DNA from: an uncultured delta proteobacterium
Lineage (GTDB): Bacteria; Myxococcota_A; Polyangia; Polyangiales; Polyangiaceae
Direction of reading: 5' to 3'
Length of the DNA: 64,000 nucleotides
Assembly: GCA_963782055.1 (NCBI GenBank)
Contig: CAWAIF010000003.1
Location: 1,728,001-1,792,000 of the forward strand
Shown in pieces: positions 12,654 through 22,106 of this stretch (position 1 is the first letter of the stretch; every line of letters starts with the position of its first letter). The notes below the pieces were generated by a model. The model had not been told where the DNA came from, searched no databases, and worked only from the letters and a program-made list of their open reading frames with translations. A program made the translations under genes and the position numbers.

Positions 12654-14801
12654 CTACAGGGTGACCCGGCGGCGTCGCACGGCGACGAGGGCGAGGCCGA
12701 GTCCGAGGAAGAGCGCCGCGCCGTCGGTGCCGCCGCCGCCCGCCGCGGAGCAGCCGCCGCCCTGGCCCGGCTGCGCCGAGCCGCCCGGCGGGTTGTTCCC
12801 GTTGCCGCCGCCACCCGGGCCGCCAGGAGGCGGCGGGTTCGCCGGGTCGACGTGCTTGACGCCCGCGTAGCGGAGCGACGCGTAGTACTTCTCCGCGCCC
12901 CAGCCCTTGGCGTCGGACCACGCCGCGCCGGGCTGCGGATCGGCGAAGCCGGTGCCGGTGGAGAGCGCGCAGGTCAGCCCGGAGGCCGCGCGGGCGCACA
13001 CGTCGTCCATGCCGTCGCCGTTGATGTCGCCGAAGCCGATGGTGGAGTCGTACTTGGGCGCGTCCCACCCGCTGGCGGTGCTCCACGCCGGCCCGTCGAA
13101 GGCGCCCGCGAAGCTGGTCCCCTTCGAGACCGCGCAGACGACGCCCTTCGACGCGCGCGCGCAGAGGTCGGCCATGCCGTCGCCGTTGACGTCGGCGGTC
13201 TGGATGGTCGTGAAGTACTGCTCGGCCGCCCAGCCGTTGCTGTCCGCCCAGGTCGGGCCCTTCACCTCGGTGACGAAGCCGGTGCCGTCGGACAGCTCGC
13301 AGAGCATGCCGGTCTTGGAGCGGCCGCACACGTCGGTCTTGCCGTCGCCGTTGACGTCGGCGTAGCGGATCGTCGTCACGTACTGCGGCGCGGCCCAGCC
13401 GCTGGCGTCGCTCCACGCCGGGCCGGTGAAGGCGCCGGGGAAGCCGTTGCCGTCGGCGAGCTTGCAGAGCACGCCGGACTTGGAGCGGCCGCAGATGTCC
13501 GCCTTGCCGTCGCCGTCCACGTCGACGAGGCGAATCGTCGAGTAGAACTGCGGCAGGTTCCAGCCGTTGGCGTCGCTCCACGTGGGGCCCGTGACGGCCG
13601 TCGGGAAGCCGTTGCCGTCGGAGAGGGCGCAGGTGATCCCCGCGGCCGCGCGGGCGCAGACGTCCGCCTTGCCGTCGCCGTTGATGTCGCCGAACTGGAT
13701 GGTCGAGTAGTACTGCTCCTTCGTCCAACCCTTGGCGTCACTCCAGTCGGGGCCGCGCACCTCCGCGCCGAAGCCCCCGCCCGTCGAGAGCTCGCACACG
13801 ATGCCCTGCTTGTCGCGGCCGCAGAGATCGCCCTTGCCGTCGCCGTTCACGTCGGCGAACTGGATGGTGTCGTAGTAGGAGGCGGCGTCCCAGCCGGCGG
13901 CGTCGCTCCACGCCGGGCCCTTGACCTCCGTCGCCGCCGCGCCGCCCTGCGAGAGCTCGCAGACGACGCCGCTCGAGCTGCGGCCGCACACGTCGCTCAC
14001 GCCGTCGCCGTCGATGTCCGCCGCCTCGCGGTGCAGCACCGTCGGGTAGACGGGGGCGGCGGTGCCGGCGAGCTTCTGCAGCGTGGCGAGCGAGCCGTTG
14101 AAGACGTCGTGATCGAGGGAGCCGCCGCCGTCGCTGTACTGCCACATGGTCCACTTGGACCAGCCGTTGGGCACCAGCGGACACGACGGGCCGTAGTCGG
14201 CGATCCAGAGCGGGTAGGCGCCGAAGCTGGTGGAGCCGACGTTGTCCTGCCAGAAATAGGGACCGGTGTAGATGATGGGGCGCTTGCCGGTACCCTTCTC
14301 CACCAGGGTGAGCCAGGTCTTCACCTTGGACGCGATGGTGGAGCCGGACTGGCCGCCTGTCGTCTCCACGTCGATCATGCAGGGCAGGTCGCCGTCGCCC
14401 AGCATGCCGCCGACCGCCTTGATCATCAGGTTGGCCTGGGTGGTGGCGTTCTGGCCGGGCTCGAAGAACTGGTAGGCGCCGCGGAGCACGCCGGCCTTCT
14501 TCATCTTGGACCAGTTGCTGGCGAACTGGCTGTCGGTGTAGTTGACGCCGTCGCCGATGCGCGCGTAGCCGAAGTCGACGCCCGCCTTCTTCTGCGCGGC
14601 CCAGTCGAAGTTGCCCTGGTAGACCGAGACGTCGCGCCCCTGGACGGCCCCGCTCGACTTGGCCCCGCAGACGGTGGACAGAGCCTCGGCGCCGGTGCCT
14701 ACATCCTCCCCGGGGGCGGAGCTGCACGCCGCGGCGAGGAGCGCGACGAGCGCGGCGAAGAGGGCGAGGCCCCGTGAGCGGGAAGGTCGGCGGCTGGGCA
14801 T
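12654..14801 (-). CDS. GH25 muramidase with seven FG-GAP-like repeats and a MYXO-CTERM-type tail
   Basis: Lipobox AAAC; GRDVSVYQGNFDW, RGAYQFF, IDVE, WIADY, MWQYS; seven xDxxGDGxxDxCxR repeats; C-terminal GGGCSAA...LFLGLGLALVAVRRRR. Confidence 0.9.
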   Translation of the reverse strand: MPSRRPSRSRGLALFAALVALLAAACSSAPGEDVGTGAEALSTVCGAKSSGAVQGRDVSVYQGNFDWAAQKKAGVDFGYARIGDGVNYTDSQFASNWSKMKKAGVLRGAYQFFEPGQNATTQANLMIKAVGGMLGDGDLPCMIDVETTGGQSGSTIASKVKTWLTLVEKGTGKRPIIYTGPYFWQDNVGSTSFGAYPLWIADYGPSCPLVPNGWSKWTMWQYSDGGGSLDHDVFNGSLATLQKLAGTAAPVYPTVLHREAADIDGDGVSDVCGRSSSGVVCELSQGGAAATEVKGPAWSDAAGWDAASYYDTIQFADVNGDGKGDLCGRDKQGIVCELSTGGGFGAEVRGPDWSDAKGWTKEQYYSTIQFGDINGDGKADVCARAAAGITCALSDGNGFPTAVTGPTWSDANGWNLPQFYSTIRLVDVDGDGKADICGRSKSGVLCKLADGNGFPGAFTGPAWSDASGWAAPQYVTTIRYADVNGDGKTDVCGRSKTGMLCELSDGTGFVTEVKGPTWADSNGWAAEQYFTTIQTADVNGDGMADLCARASKGVVCAVSKGTSFAGAFDGPAWSTASGWDAPKYDSTIGFGDINGDGMDDVCARAASGLTCALSTGTGFADPQPGAAWSDAKGWGAEKYYASLRYAGVKHVDPANPPPPGGPGGGGNGNNPPGGSAQPGQGGGCSAAGGGGTDGAALFLGLGLALVAVRRRRVTL

Positions 14802-14812
14802 GGCCCGGGTAG

Positions 14813-14828
14813 AGCAAGACCGGGGCCA
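14813..14828 (-). promoter_or_regulatory. Sigma54 -24/-12 promoter of the first GH25 gene
   Basis: Minus strand TGGCCC-CGGTC-TTGCT (GG-N10-GC); 12 nt from the GC to ATG 14801. Confidence 0.65.
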
Positions 14829-15018
14829 GCGCGTGGCCCGCGGGAAAAGCCCGGGATTCGTGCCTCCTCGCGCCGCCTGCAGGCCGGATTCGCGACCGGT
14901 CGCTAGGGCTCGCGAGCAGGCGCTGGGGTCCATGCGATCCGGGTGGTCCGCGCGGGGGATGGGGGAGCAGAACCCACTAGGGGCGCCGGCTGAAGCAAGA
15001 TACTCTGATGGCACGCAC

Positions 15019-16167
15019 ATGCAGGCGCTGAAGGTCCACGTGGGGGAGGTGGCCGACCGACTCGTCCCGGTGCTGTTCGCCCTCCTCGCGCTGCTCGTCA
15101 CGCGCGCCGCCTTCGCGGCCGGGTACGTGCCGCCGCCCATCGCGGGGCACGTGACCGATCCAGGCAAGCAGCTGACCCCCGATCAGGTCGGCGCGCTGGA
15201 CGCGAAGCTCGCCGACTACCGAAGGTGCTCCGGCAACCACGTGGCGGTGTTCATCGCCCCGTCGCTGAAGGGCTACCCGATCGAGGACGTGGCGTACGCG
15301 ACCTTCAACACGTGGAAGATCGGCGAGGCGAAGAAGGACAACGGCGTGCTCCTCGTCATCGCCCCCACCGAGCGCAAGGTGCGCATCGAGGTGGGGCGCG
15401 GCGTCGAGGGGGAGCTGACGGACCTGCAGTCGAACGACATCCTGCGCCGGCACGTCTCGCCGCACCTGAAGGCGGGGGACATGGCCGCCGCCATCGACGA
15501 CGGGACGAGCGCGATCGGCGTCGCGCTCGGCGGGTGCGCCATGAGCCCGGCGTTCGCCGCCGTTCATGACGCCGGCGCGTTCGCGCCATCCGATCCGGCC
15601 GGCGCGGCGGACGGGCGGGCGGCCGCTCCGCCGACCCACCTCGCGGCGACGAAGCCGCCCGACAGCCACGCGGGCGAGCGCGCGGTGACGACGCTCGTCA
15701 TCAGTCTACTGGTCATGTCGATCGCGCTCGCGTTCGCCAAGAAGGGGTCGCGTGCGATGGCCACGCTCCTCGCCGGGGCCTTCGCCGCGTTCTTCTTCGG
15801 TATCGTCGAGACACTCTCCGGCAGCAAGCTGGGCGGAGGCTTCGACATGGACGCCGCGTACGGTGCCTTCGGGGTCCTGGCGTTCATCCTGGTGTGCGTG
15901 AACCTGTTCGCCTGGATCGCGAGGGGCCGGGGGTACTTGCTCGCGGGCGCGGGCGGGTCGTCGGGCAGCGGCGGGGGCGGGAGCGCCGACCCTTTCGGGT
16001 CGTCGAGCTCCTTCGACACGTCGAGCTCCTTCGACACGTCGAGCTCCTCCGACTCCTCCTTCTCTTCGAGCAGCTCCGACTCCTCCTTCTCTTCGAGCAG
16101 CTCCGACTCCAGCTACTCCGGCGGCGGCGGAAGCTCCGGCGGCGGCGGCTCCAGCGACAGCTACTGA
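15019..16167 (+). CDS. TPM-domain (DUF477) membrane protein with Ser/Gly-rich tail
   Basis: TFNTWKIGEAKKDNGVLLVIAPTERKVRIEVGRGVEGELTD motif; TMs; GGGSSGGGGSS end. Start uncertain. Confidence 0.88.
   Translation: MQALKVHVGEVADRLVPVLFALLALLVTRAAFAAGYVPPPIAGHVTDPGKQLTPDQVGALDAKLADYRRCSGNHVAVFIAPSLKGYPIEDVAYATFNTWKIGEAKKDNGVLLVIAPTERKVRIEVGRGVEGELTDLQSNDILRRHVSPHLKAGDMAAAIDDGTSAIGVALGGCAMSPAFAAVHDAGAFAPSDPAGAADGRAAAPPTHLAATKPPDSHAGERAVTTLVISLLVMSIALAFAKKGSRAMATLLAGAFAAFFFGIVETLSGSKLGGGFDMDAAYGAFGVLAFILVCVNLFAWIARGRGYLLAGAGGSSGSGGGGSADPFGSSSSFDTSSSFDTSSSSDSSFSSSSSDSSFSSSSSDSSYSGGGGSSGGGGSSDSY
16002..16110 (+). repeat. In-frame tandem repeats (18-bp x2 and 27-bp x2) encoding a poly-Ser tract
   Basis: gtcgagctccttcgacac twice and ctccgactcctccttctcttcgagcag twice (SSSFDT; SDSSFSSSS). 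Confidence 0.8.
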
Positions 16168-16183
16168 GGTCGCGCGCGGCGTC

Positions 16184-16555
16184 TCATCGCAGCTCGAGCG
16201 CGCGCAGCTCCATCGCGTACACCTTGCGCGCGAGATGCTTCGGTCCGCTCCCGTTCGCGGCGAGGAAGGGGAGGTTCATCTCGGTCTCGTCGGAGGTGCG
16301 GAGCTCTGCCCGCGCCTTCACCCACGCCTCGCCGACGCGCCGCACTCCCATCGCGTCGAGCGTCACGTCGTACTGCGCCTCGAACTCGGTCACCAGCCGG
16401 GTGATGGCCCCCGCGACGCCCGCGGCCTCCGCGCCGAGGCACATGAGGGCGGCCTGCGTCGCCCGGTCGACGGCGAGCCAGAGCGGGATCTCCGGGGTGC
16501 GCGCGCCGAACTCGTCCTGGAAGCGCTGGAAGTCTTCACGGGTCGGGTCGGGCAT
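16184..16555 (-). CDS. Small protein containing a DnaK/Hsp70 subdomain IIB-like segment
   Basis: LVTEFEAQYDVTLDAMGVRRVGEAWVKARAELRTSDETEMNLPFLAANGSGPKHLARKV resembles DnaK ...ALQRLKEAAEKAKIELS...TDVNLPxITADxxGPKHL; TATCGT lies 6 nt before the ATG. Confidence 0.72.
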   Translation of the reverse strand: MPDPTREDFQRFQDEFGARTPEIPLWLAVDRATQAALMCLGAEAAGVAGAITRLVTEFEAQYDVTLDAMGVRRVGEAWVKARAELRTSDETEMNLPFLAANGSGPKHLARKVYAMELRALELR

Positions 16556-16597
16556 GGCCCGACGATACCGCGAAGCCCCACCGGTGGGATCGCCGCG

Positions 16598-17692
16598 TCA
16601 CGGCGCGGCGACGTACAGCACCTTTCCGTGGACCGGGTCCGCCACGTAGGCGGCGCCCGTCTTGTCCGCCACGACGACGCGCGCGCCGAGCGACGTGGGC
16701 GCGGTCGCCACGATCGACAGCACGCCGTGATCGTCCACGTGCGCCACGGTGAGCTGCCCGGACTTCGCCGAGGCCACGTACACCAGCCGCCGCGCGGGCA
16801 GGAAGTCGATGTTGTCGACCCCCGCGCCGACGTTGATCTTGTCGATCCACTTGCCGCCGTGCCCCGCGTCCAGCACCGCCAGGCCGTCGGCGCAGGCGAC
16901 CATCAGCAGGCCCTTGTCCGGGTCGTAGGCGAGGCCCTTGGGCTCGACGTCGTGGCAGCGCGGCTCCCACGTGGCGGTGACCTTGCGCGTGTGTACGTCG
17001 ATGGCGACCGTCTGGTTGCGGTCTTCCAGGTTGGTGAAGAACAGGCCGTGCGCCCCGTCCACCGCGTAGCCCTCCGGCCGGCCACCAAGCGTGATGTGCG
17101 ACTTCACGGTGAGCCTGGCCGGCGTCGCGGCGTCCAGGATGGTGATGCCGTTCTGGCGCGGCACGGTCACCCACACCTCCTTCGTCGCCGCCACGTACGC
17201 CACGCCGTCGGGCGTCGACTTCAGCGTGACGCACGCGCCGCGCGCGAGCTTGGCGGTGTCCACGGCGCACACCTGCGCGTTGGCGCGGTCGCCCACGTAG
17301 AGGAAGCCGTCGCCGAGGGCGGCAGAGCTGGGGCCGAGCATGTGGTGCGCGCCGTGCCCCTCGCGCGCGGCGGTCGGGAAGCCGCCCACGGCGGAGACCT
17401 TGCGCGTCGCGACGTCGATGACCGCGACGTTGCCGGTGGACCCGGCGGGCACGTAGACGCGCCCGCCGGCGCGGTCGCTCGCCATGTAGTCCATCGACAC
17501 CGCGCCCTTGGCGCCCGGTAGGTCGAGCGCCGTCACCACGAGCGAGGGCGGCGCGGGCTCCGCGTCCGGCGTCGCGGCGACCGAGGCGGCCGCCGAAGCC
17601 GAGGCCGACGAGGCCGAGGTCGCGTGCGGCGTCTGATTGCGCGAGCACGCGCCGAGCAACACCACGAGAGGAAGGAGATGCAAGGCGCGCAT
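16598..17692 (-). CDS. YncE-like beta-propeller lipoprotein
   Basis: Start MRALHLLPLVVLLGAC; DYMASD...RVYVPAGSTGNVAVID, PDGVAY, PEGYAVD and GAGVDNIDF blades. Confidence 0.82.
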   Translation of the reverse strand: MRALHLLPLVVLLGACSRNQTPHATSASSASASAAASVAATPDAEPAPPSLVVTALDLPGAKGAVSMDYMASDRAGGRVYVPAGSTGNVAVIDVATRKVSAVGGFPTAAREGHGAHHMLGPSSAALGDGFLYVGDRANAQVCAVDTAKLARGACVTLKSTPDGVAYVAATKEVWVTVPRQNGITILDAATPARLTVKSHITLGGRPEGYAVDGAHGLFFTNLEDRNQTVAIDVHTRKVTATWEPRCHDVEPKGLAYDPDKGLLMVACADGLAVLDAGHGGKWIDKINVGAGVDNIDFLPARRLVYVASAKSGQLTVAHVDDHGVLSIVATAPTSLGARVVVADKTGAAYVADPVHGKVLYVAAP

Positions 17693-17760
17693 GCCGCCGG
17701 CGTAGCACACGCCACCAGCGTGCGCGACCGGGACCGAGCGCCCTGCCGTGGCGCGAACCG

Positions 17761-19983
17761 TCACCGCGTGGCGCGGACGGCGGCGGCCTTCTCCTCGAGC
17801 GCGACGAGCACGTCGAAGGCGCGCGCGTGAACCGCGCGGCGCGCGGTCTCGAAGTGCACCGACCCGCGATACGGGTCGAACAGCGGGCAGGCGTCCATCC
17901 ACGAGGCGTCGAAGAGCCCGGCGGCGACGGCCTCGTCGAGCGCGCGCAGGGCGCGGTCGTCCTCGTGCGCCCAGGCGGAGAGCTCGGCGGCGAGCTGGAA
18001 GACGAAGGCACGCCGGCGCAGGGAGGCGCCCGCGACGAAGGGCTCGAAGCTCGCGGGGGGCCGGCCGCTTTCGAGCACGGTGTGGGACACCGTCCTGAGG
18101 AGCGGGAAGCCGAGGCGGTCGAGCTTCCTGGTGTCGATGCGGTCGATGAACTCGTGCAGCGCCGCGCGGTCGCGGTTCCAGACGGCGACGCGCGACGCGT
18201 GCACCTGCAGCCGGGTCCAGCCGGCTTGCTGCCGATCGGCGCGGCGCGCCACGTCCAGGGCGTCCGCGTAGCGGCCGCGCAGCGCCGCGACGCGCATCTC
18301 GACCTCGGCGCCGGTGATGTAGGACGCATCCAGCGTGGTGACCGAGCGCGCCAGGCCCAACGCCGGCTCGATCGCGCCTGCCTCGAGCAGCACGTGCGCC
18401 AGCGCGTCGCGCGCGTCCACCGTGCCGGGCGCGAGGCGCAGGGCGTCGACGAAGTGCGACGCCCCCTCGACGGCGCTCATCTCCTGCAGGCACGCCCAGC
18501 CGAGCGCGACGTGCGGCTCCGGGTCGTCCCCGCCCGTGGCGAGCGCCTGCTCGCAGAGCGCGCGGGGGTCCTCGGCGGTGCGCTTCCAGAACCCCTGGCG
18601 TGCCAGGGCGAGCGCCTTCCACCCCAGCGCCGACGAGCAACCGAGCTCCTCGAGGCGGGTGAACATCTGCAGCGCGCGCGCGAGGTGGTCGGGGTAGAGC
18701 TGCCTGTACTCGGCGCGCGCCTGGAGAAAGAGCGTGGCCGCCTCCTCGCTGCCGAAGGCCGCCGCGGCGGTCGGCGGTCGCGTCTCGGTGGCGAGGGCGC
18801 GCGCGGCGAGGGAAGCCGCGCTCTCGGCGAGGTGGGTGAGCTCGGCCGCCGGGCCGCGGAGCTCGGTCCGCCAGAAGGTGTCCCCGCCGCGGCTGTGCAG
18901 CGAGACGGCCAGAGTGCACGCGCCCTCGCGCAGGGTGACGTCGCCCTCGAGGACGGCGACGGCGGCCTCGCGGTCCGTCCCGACGCGGACCTCGCCCGAC
19001 TCGCCGAGGCGCGCCGCGAGGTGGCTCGCCACCGCGTCGCGGAGCAAGGGGCTCGCCCCGTGGTACGCCAGGTCGAGCACGATGGATCGCGCCGGGCGGC
19101 AGAGCTCGTGCACCAGGGCGAACAGTTCGCTCTCCGCGCGGCTTTCGTACTGCGCGAGGACGGCGAGCGCGGTGCGCACCTCGCTCGCCGATGCGAAGCG
19201 GGCGGTGGGGTCGAGCGCCATCGCGCGCACCACGATCGCGCCGAGTGCCTCCGGGATGCTCGGGTCCACCGCGCGCGGGTCGGGCGGCGGCTCGCCTCCG
19301 GTGCGCTTGGTGGAGAAGGGGCGCTGCGCGGTGGCGGCCGTGAAGAGCAGCGCCCCGAGCGCGAACACGTCCGCCCGCGCCCCGACCGCTTCTCCGGCGA
19401 GCTGCTCCGGCGCCGCGTAGCTGGGCGTGCCGTAGCCGTCGGTGTGCGCGCTGGACGCGCGCAGGGCGATGCCGAAGTCGGTGATGACCGCGTGCCCGTC
19501 CGGAGCGAGCAGGACGTTGCCCGGCTTGAGGTCGCGGTGCACCACGCCGGCCGCGTGGATGGCCTCGAGGCCGGCGCAGACGTCGCCGGCCATCCGCGCG
19601 AGCTCGTGCACGGCGAGCGGCCCGCGCTTCAGGCGCGCGGCGAGGGACTGCCCCTCCACGTACTGCATCGTCAGGAAGAGGCGGCCGTCCTGCTCACCCA
19701 GGTCGTGGGTGCGGGCGACGTGCGGGCTGGAGACCCGCCGCGCGAGCCGGACCTCTTCCCGGAACCGCGCCAGCATGTCCGGCCGCAGGTCGAAGCTGGG
19801 GTCCACCACCTTCAGGGCGACCATCTCGTCGAGCTCGGAGTCGTATGCGAGATACACGCTTCCCATCCCGCCCGCGCCGAGCAGCGACACCACGCGCCAC
19901 CGCCCGCTGAACACCACCGGCGCCTCCGCTTCGTGCGGAGGCACCCTGCGCTCGATCAGCGTCGCCTCCGCGTCGGCGGGCAT
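17761..19983 (-). CDS. Eukaryotic-like Ser/Thr protein kinase with TPR-like C-terminal region
   Basis: GAGGMGSVY, VALK, HRDLKPGN, DFG, GTPSYAAPE and ADVFALG all intact. Confidence 0.93.
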   Translation of the reverse strand: MPADAEATLIERRVPPHEAEAPVVFSGRWRVVSLLGAGGMGSVYLAYDSELDEMVALKVVDPSFDLRPDMLARFREEVRLARRVSSPHVARTHDLGEQDGRLFLTMQYVEGQSLAARLKRGPLAVHELARMAGDVCAGLEAIHAAGVVHRDLKPGNVLLAPDGHAVITDFGIALRASSAHTDGYGTPSYAAPEQLAGEAVGARADVFALGALLFTAATAQRPFSTKRTGGEPPPDPRAVDPSIPEALGAIVVRAMALDPTARFASASEVRTALAVLAQYESRAESELFALVHELCRPARSIVLDLAYHGASPLLRDAVASHLAARLGESGEVRVGTDREAAVAVLEGDVTLREGACTLAVSLHSRGGDTFWRTELRGPAAELTHLAESAASLAARALATETRPPTAAAAFGSEEAATLFLQARAEYRQLYPDHLARALQMFTRLEELGCSSALGWKALALARQGFWKRTAEDPRALCEQALATGGDDPEPHVALGWACLQEMSAVEGASHFVDALRLAPGTVDARDALAHVLLEAGAIEPALGLARSVTTLDASYITGAEVEMRVAALRGRYADALDVARRADRQQAGWTRLQVHASRVAVWNRDRAALHEFIDRIDTRKLDRLGFPLLRTVSHTVLESGRPPASFEPFVAGASLRRRAFVFQLAAELSAWAHEDDRALRALDEAVAAGLFDASWMDACPLFDPYRGSVHFETARRAVHARAFDVLVALEEKAAAVRATR

Positions 19984-20028
19984 CGGTCCAGCATAGCGCA
20001 AGGGGGAAGCAAGGAGGGGAGGGGAGCC

Positions 20029-21882
20029 TCAGGGCCAGCTCGTGCCGTCGCGGCGGTGCACGGTCCATCCGGAGGGGACCAGATCCGGCGGGACCGAGGC
20101 GTCGATCGGGATGCGTGTGCCCGCCTCGATCTGCGCCTTGTGCTTCACGATGAACAGCTTCCACCGGCGCGCCAGCGCCGCCGCGGCGCCAGGAGAGGGA
20201 GCCCCCGACGATCCGTAGCCGTGCTCGTCCAGCAGGGAGACCAGCTCCCCCAGCACCTCGTTGGACATCGCCGGCTCCGGGATACGACCCGCGAGCACGA
20301 GCGCGCAGTCGTAGCGCGCGCCCAGGTCGCCGGCGGCGTTGATCGCGGCGTTGAGGCGCATGTCGTCCTTCGCGTGGGCGACGATGGCGAGCACCGGCTT
20401 GACCAGCGCGACGAGCTTGCCGCGCTGCGCGAGCTGTGCGGCGGCGACCTGCACATCCGGGTCCGGGTGAGCGAGATCCGCGGCGACGGCGGGCACCATG
20501 CGCGCGGGCACCGGGGCCGGCGTGCGCTGCAGCGCGAGCTGCCGCACGTACGCGATGCGGTGCGCCAGCGCGCGCCCGAGCTCGGCCTCCCAGCCCGCGG
20601 GACGCGCGCCCTGGCCGAGCGCGACGAGCCAGACGGCGGTCTCGCCTGCGTCGTGGGGCGACGCCGCCGGCGAGGCGCCACGCCCGAGGAGGATGAGCGC
20701 CGCGCGCAGCAGCTCCTGGCAGGCCCCGCGCGGCGTCGGGTAGACGTCCGTCTCCGGGGGGACGGTGCGCGTGCGATCGATGGCGGTCGTCAACGCGGAC
20801 GTCACGCCGGCGAGGTCCGGCGGGGTGCCGACCGCCTCCATCATGAAGGCGCCGCTCTGGACGTCGCCGACGTCGGTCGAGAGCAGGAGCTTGTGCGCGG
20901 CGGCGCGCACGTCGCCCGTGAAGGCGGCGCGCCACGCGTGCGACGAGAGGTACTTGCGCTGGTCGGTCATCTCGTTCGCAAAGACGTTGCGCGGGGGGAG
21001 CCCTCCGGCCAGCGCCGGGTCGGGGAGTCGCATCGCGAGCCCGCCGGCGGCGGCGCGCCGGACCTTCACGTCGCCGGCGCCGAGCAGCGACACCAGCGCG
21101 CGCGTCGCGTCGGACGTGGGGATCTCGGCGAGGCCGGAGACGGCGTCGACGGACCCGGCGCGAGCGCGCGCGCGCAGCGGCGCGACGTAGACCTCGTAGC
21201 GCAGGGCGGAGAAGTCGGCGTAGGGGATGGAGACCTTGCCCGCCTCGCGGTTCGGATCGCGGGGCAGGGCGTCCATCCGCGCGACGACGGCGGCCGCCTC
21301 CGCGGCGTCGGGCGTGACCAGCTCCACGCTGCCGGTGCCGGCCGGGGCGGTGCCCTTCGGCCACCCGAGATCGTGGGTCACGCGGATCGCGTACGTCCCC
21401 GCCGCGTCGATGCGCGCGTAGCGGGCGAGCGGCAGCGACTGACACCACTTGGTGCCCGGCGCGATGCTCGGCGAGTACGACATCCCACCCAGGTTGTACG
21501 GGTGGGGATCGGGGTCGGCCATGAGCGTGCCGTGCGCGTCGCGCACCTGCACCTTGAAGCGCAGGCTGCGCGACGAGCCGCGGTAGTCTCCTCCGACGTC
21601 GATGGTGAACGGCGCGGCCCCTGTGTTCGTCACGCAGTAGTCGACCAGGACGTTCTCGCCGAGGAAGTGCTTGCCGCGGGCGTCGAGGGTGACGCGCGCC
21701 CCGGTCGCCGGCGCCGGGGTCGCGGGCGCCGCGTCCGCAGCGGAGCCCGCAGACGCCGCGGTCGTCGCGGCCGCCGCAGACGCCACCGTGCCGGGGGGCG
21801 CCGGGCTCGGCCCGGGGGACGGCACCGCGGCCGATCTCCCGCACGCCACCACCAGGACCAGCACGCCCAGGCGCCTCCGCAT
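20029..21882 (-). CDS. HEAT-repeat-containing putative lipoprotein
   Basis: MRRRLGVLVLVVAC signal, Ala/Pro linker, beta-rich domain, then helical repeats (DVKVRRAAAGGL, DPDVQVAAAQL). Confidence 0.72.
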   Translation of the reverse strand: MRRRLGVLVLVVACGRSAAVPSPGPSPAPPGTVASAAAATTAASAGSAADAAPATPAPATGARVTLDARGKHFLGENVLVDYCVTNTGAAPFTIDVGGDYRGSSRSLRFKVQVRDAHGTLMADPDPHPYNLGGMSYSPSIAPGTKWCQSLPLARYARIDAAGTYAIRVTHDLGWPKGTAPAGTGSVELVTPDAAEAAAVVARMDALPRDPNREAGKVSIPYADFSALRYEVYVAPLRARARAGSVDAVSGLAEIPTSDATRALVSLLGAGDVKVRRAAAGGLAMRLPDPALAGGLPPRNVFANEMTDQRKYLSSHAWRAAFTGDVRAAAHKLLLSTDVGDVQSGAFMMEAVGTPPDLAGVTSALTTAIDRTRTVPPETDVYPTPRGACQELLRAALILLGRGASPAASPHDAGETAVWLVALGQGARPAGWEAELGRALAHRIAYVRQLALQRTPAPVPARMVPAVAADLAHPDPDVQVAAAQLAQRGKLVALVKPVLAIVAHAKDDMRLNAAINAAGDLGARYDCALVLAGRIPEPAMSNEVLGELVSLLDEHGYGSSGAPSPGAAAALARRWKLFIVKHKAQIEAGTRIPIDASVPPDLVPSGWTVHRRDGTSWP

Positions 21883-22106
21883 GGACCTTGGTACGTCCCA
21901 GGCTGCCGTTTGTTCCGTCGCCCCGCATTTCAGCGCGGCCGCGCGGCCCGCACCATCGCGCCCGCGGCGTGGGCAACATGCTCCGCGGTCAACGTCCACG
22001 CCCACGTCGACGGTTCACCTCCGGCGCGCCGCGGCCGGCGCAGCACGCGAGCATGAGCCGGAGCACGGCCGCGAGGAGGGGCCACCCCCCCTCTCGCTCT
22101 TCTCTC

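Noticed and set aside
12654..14801. GH25 genes as prophage endolysins
   Set aside because: They have lipoprotein signals and host-type sorting and promoter motifs, and no holin, structural or integrase genes lie nearby.
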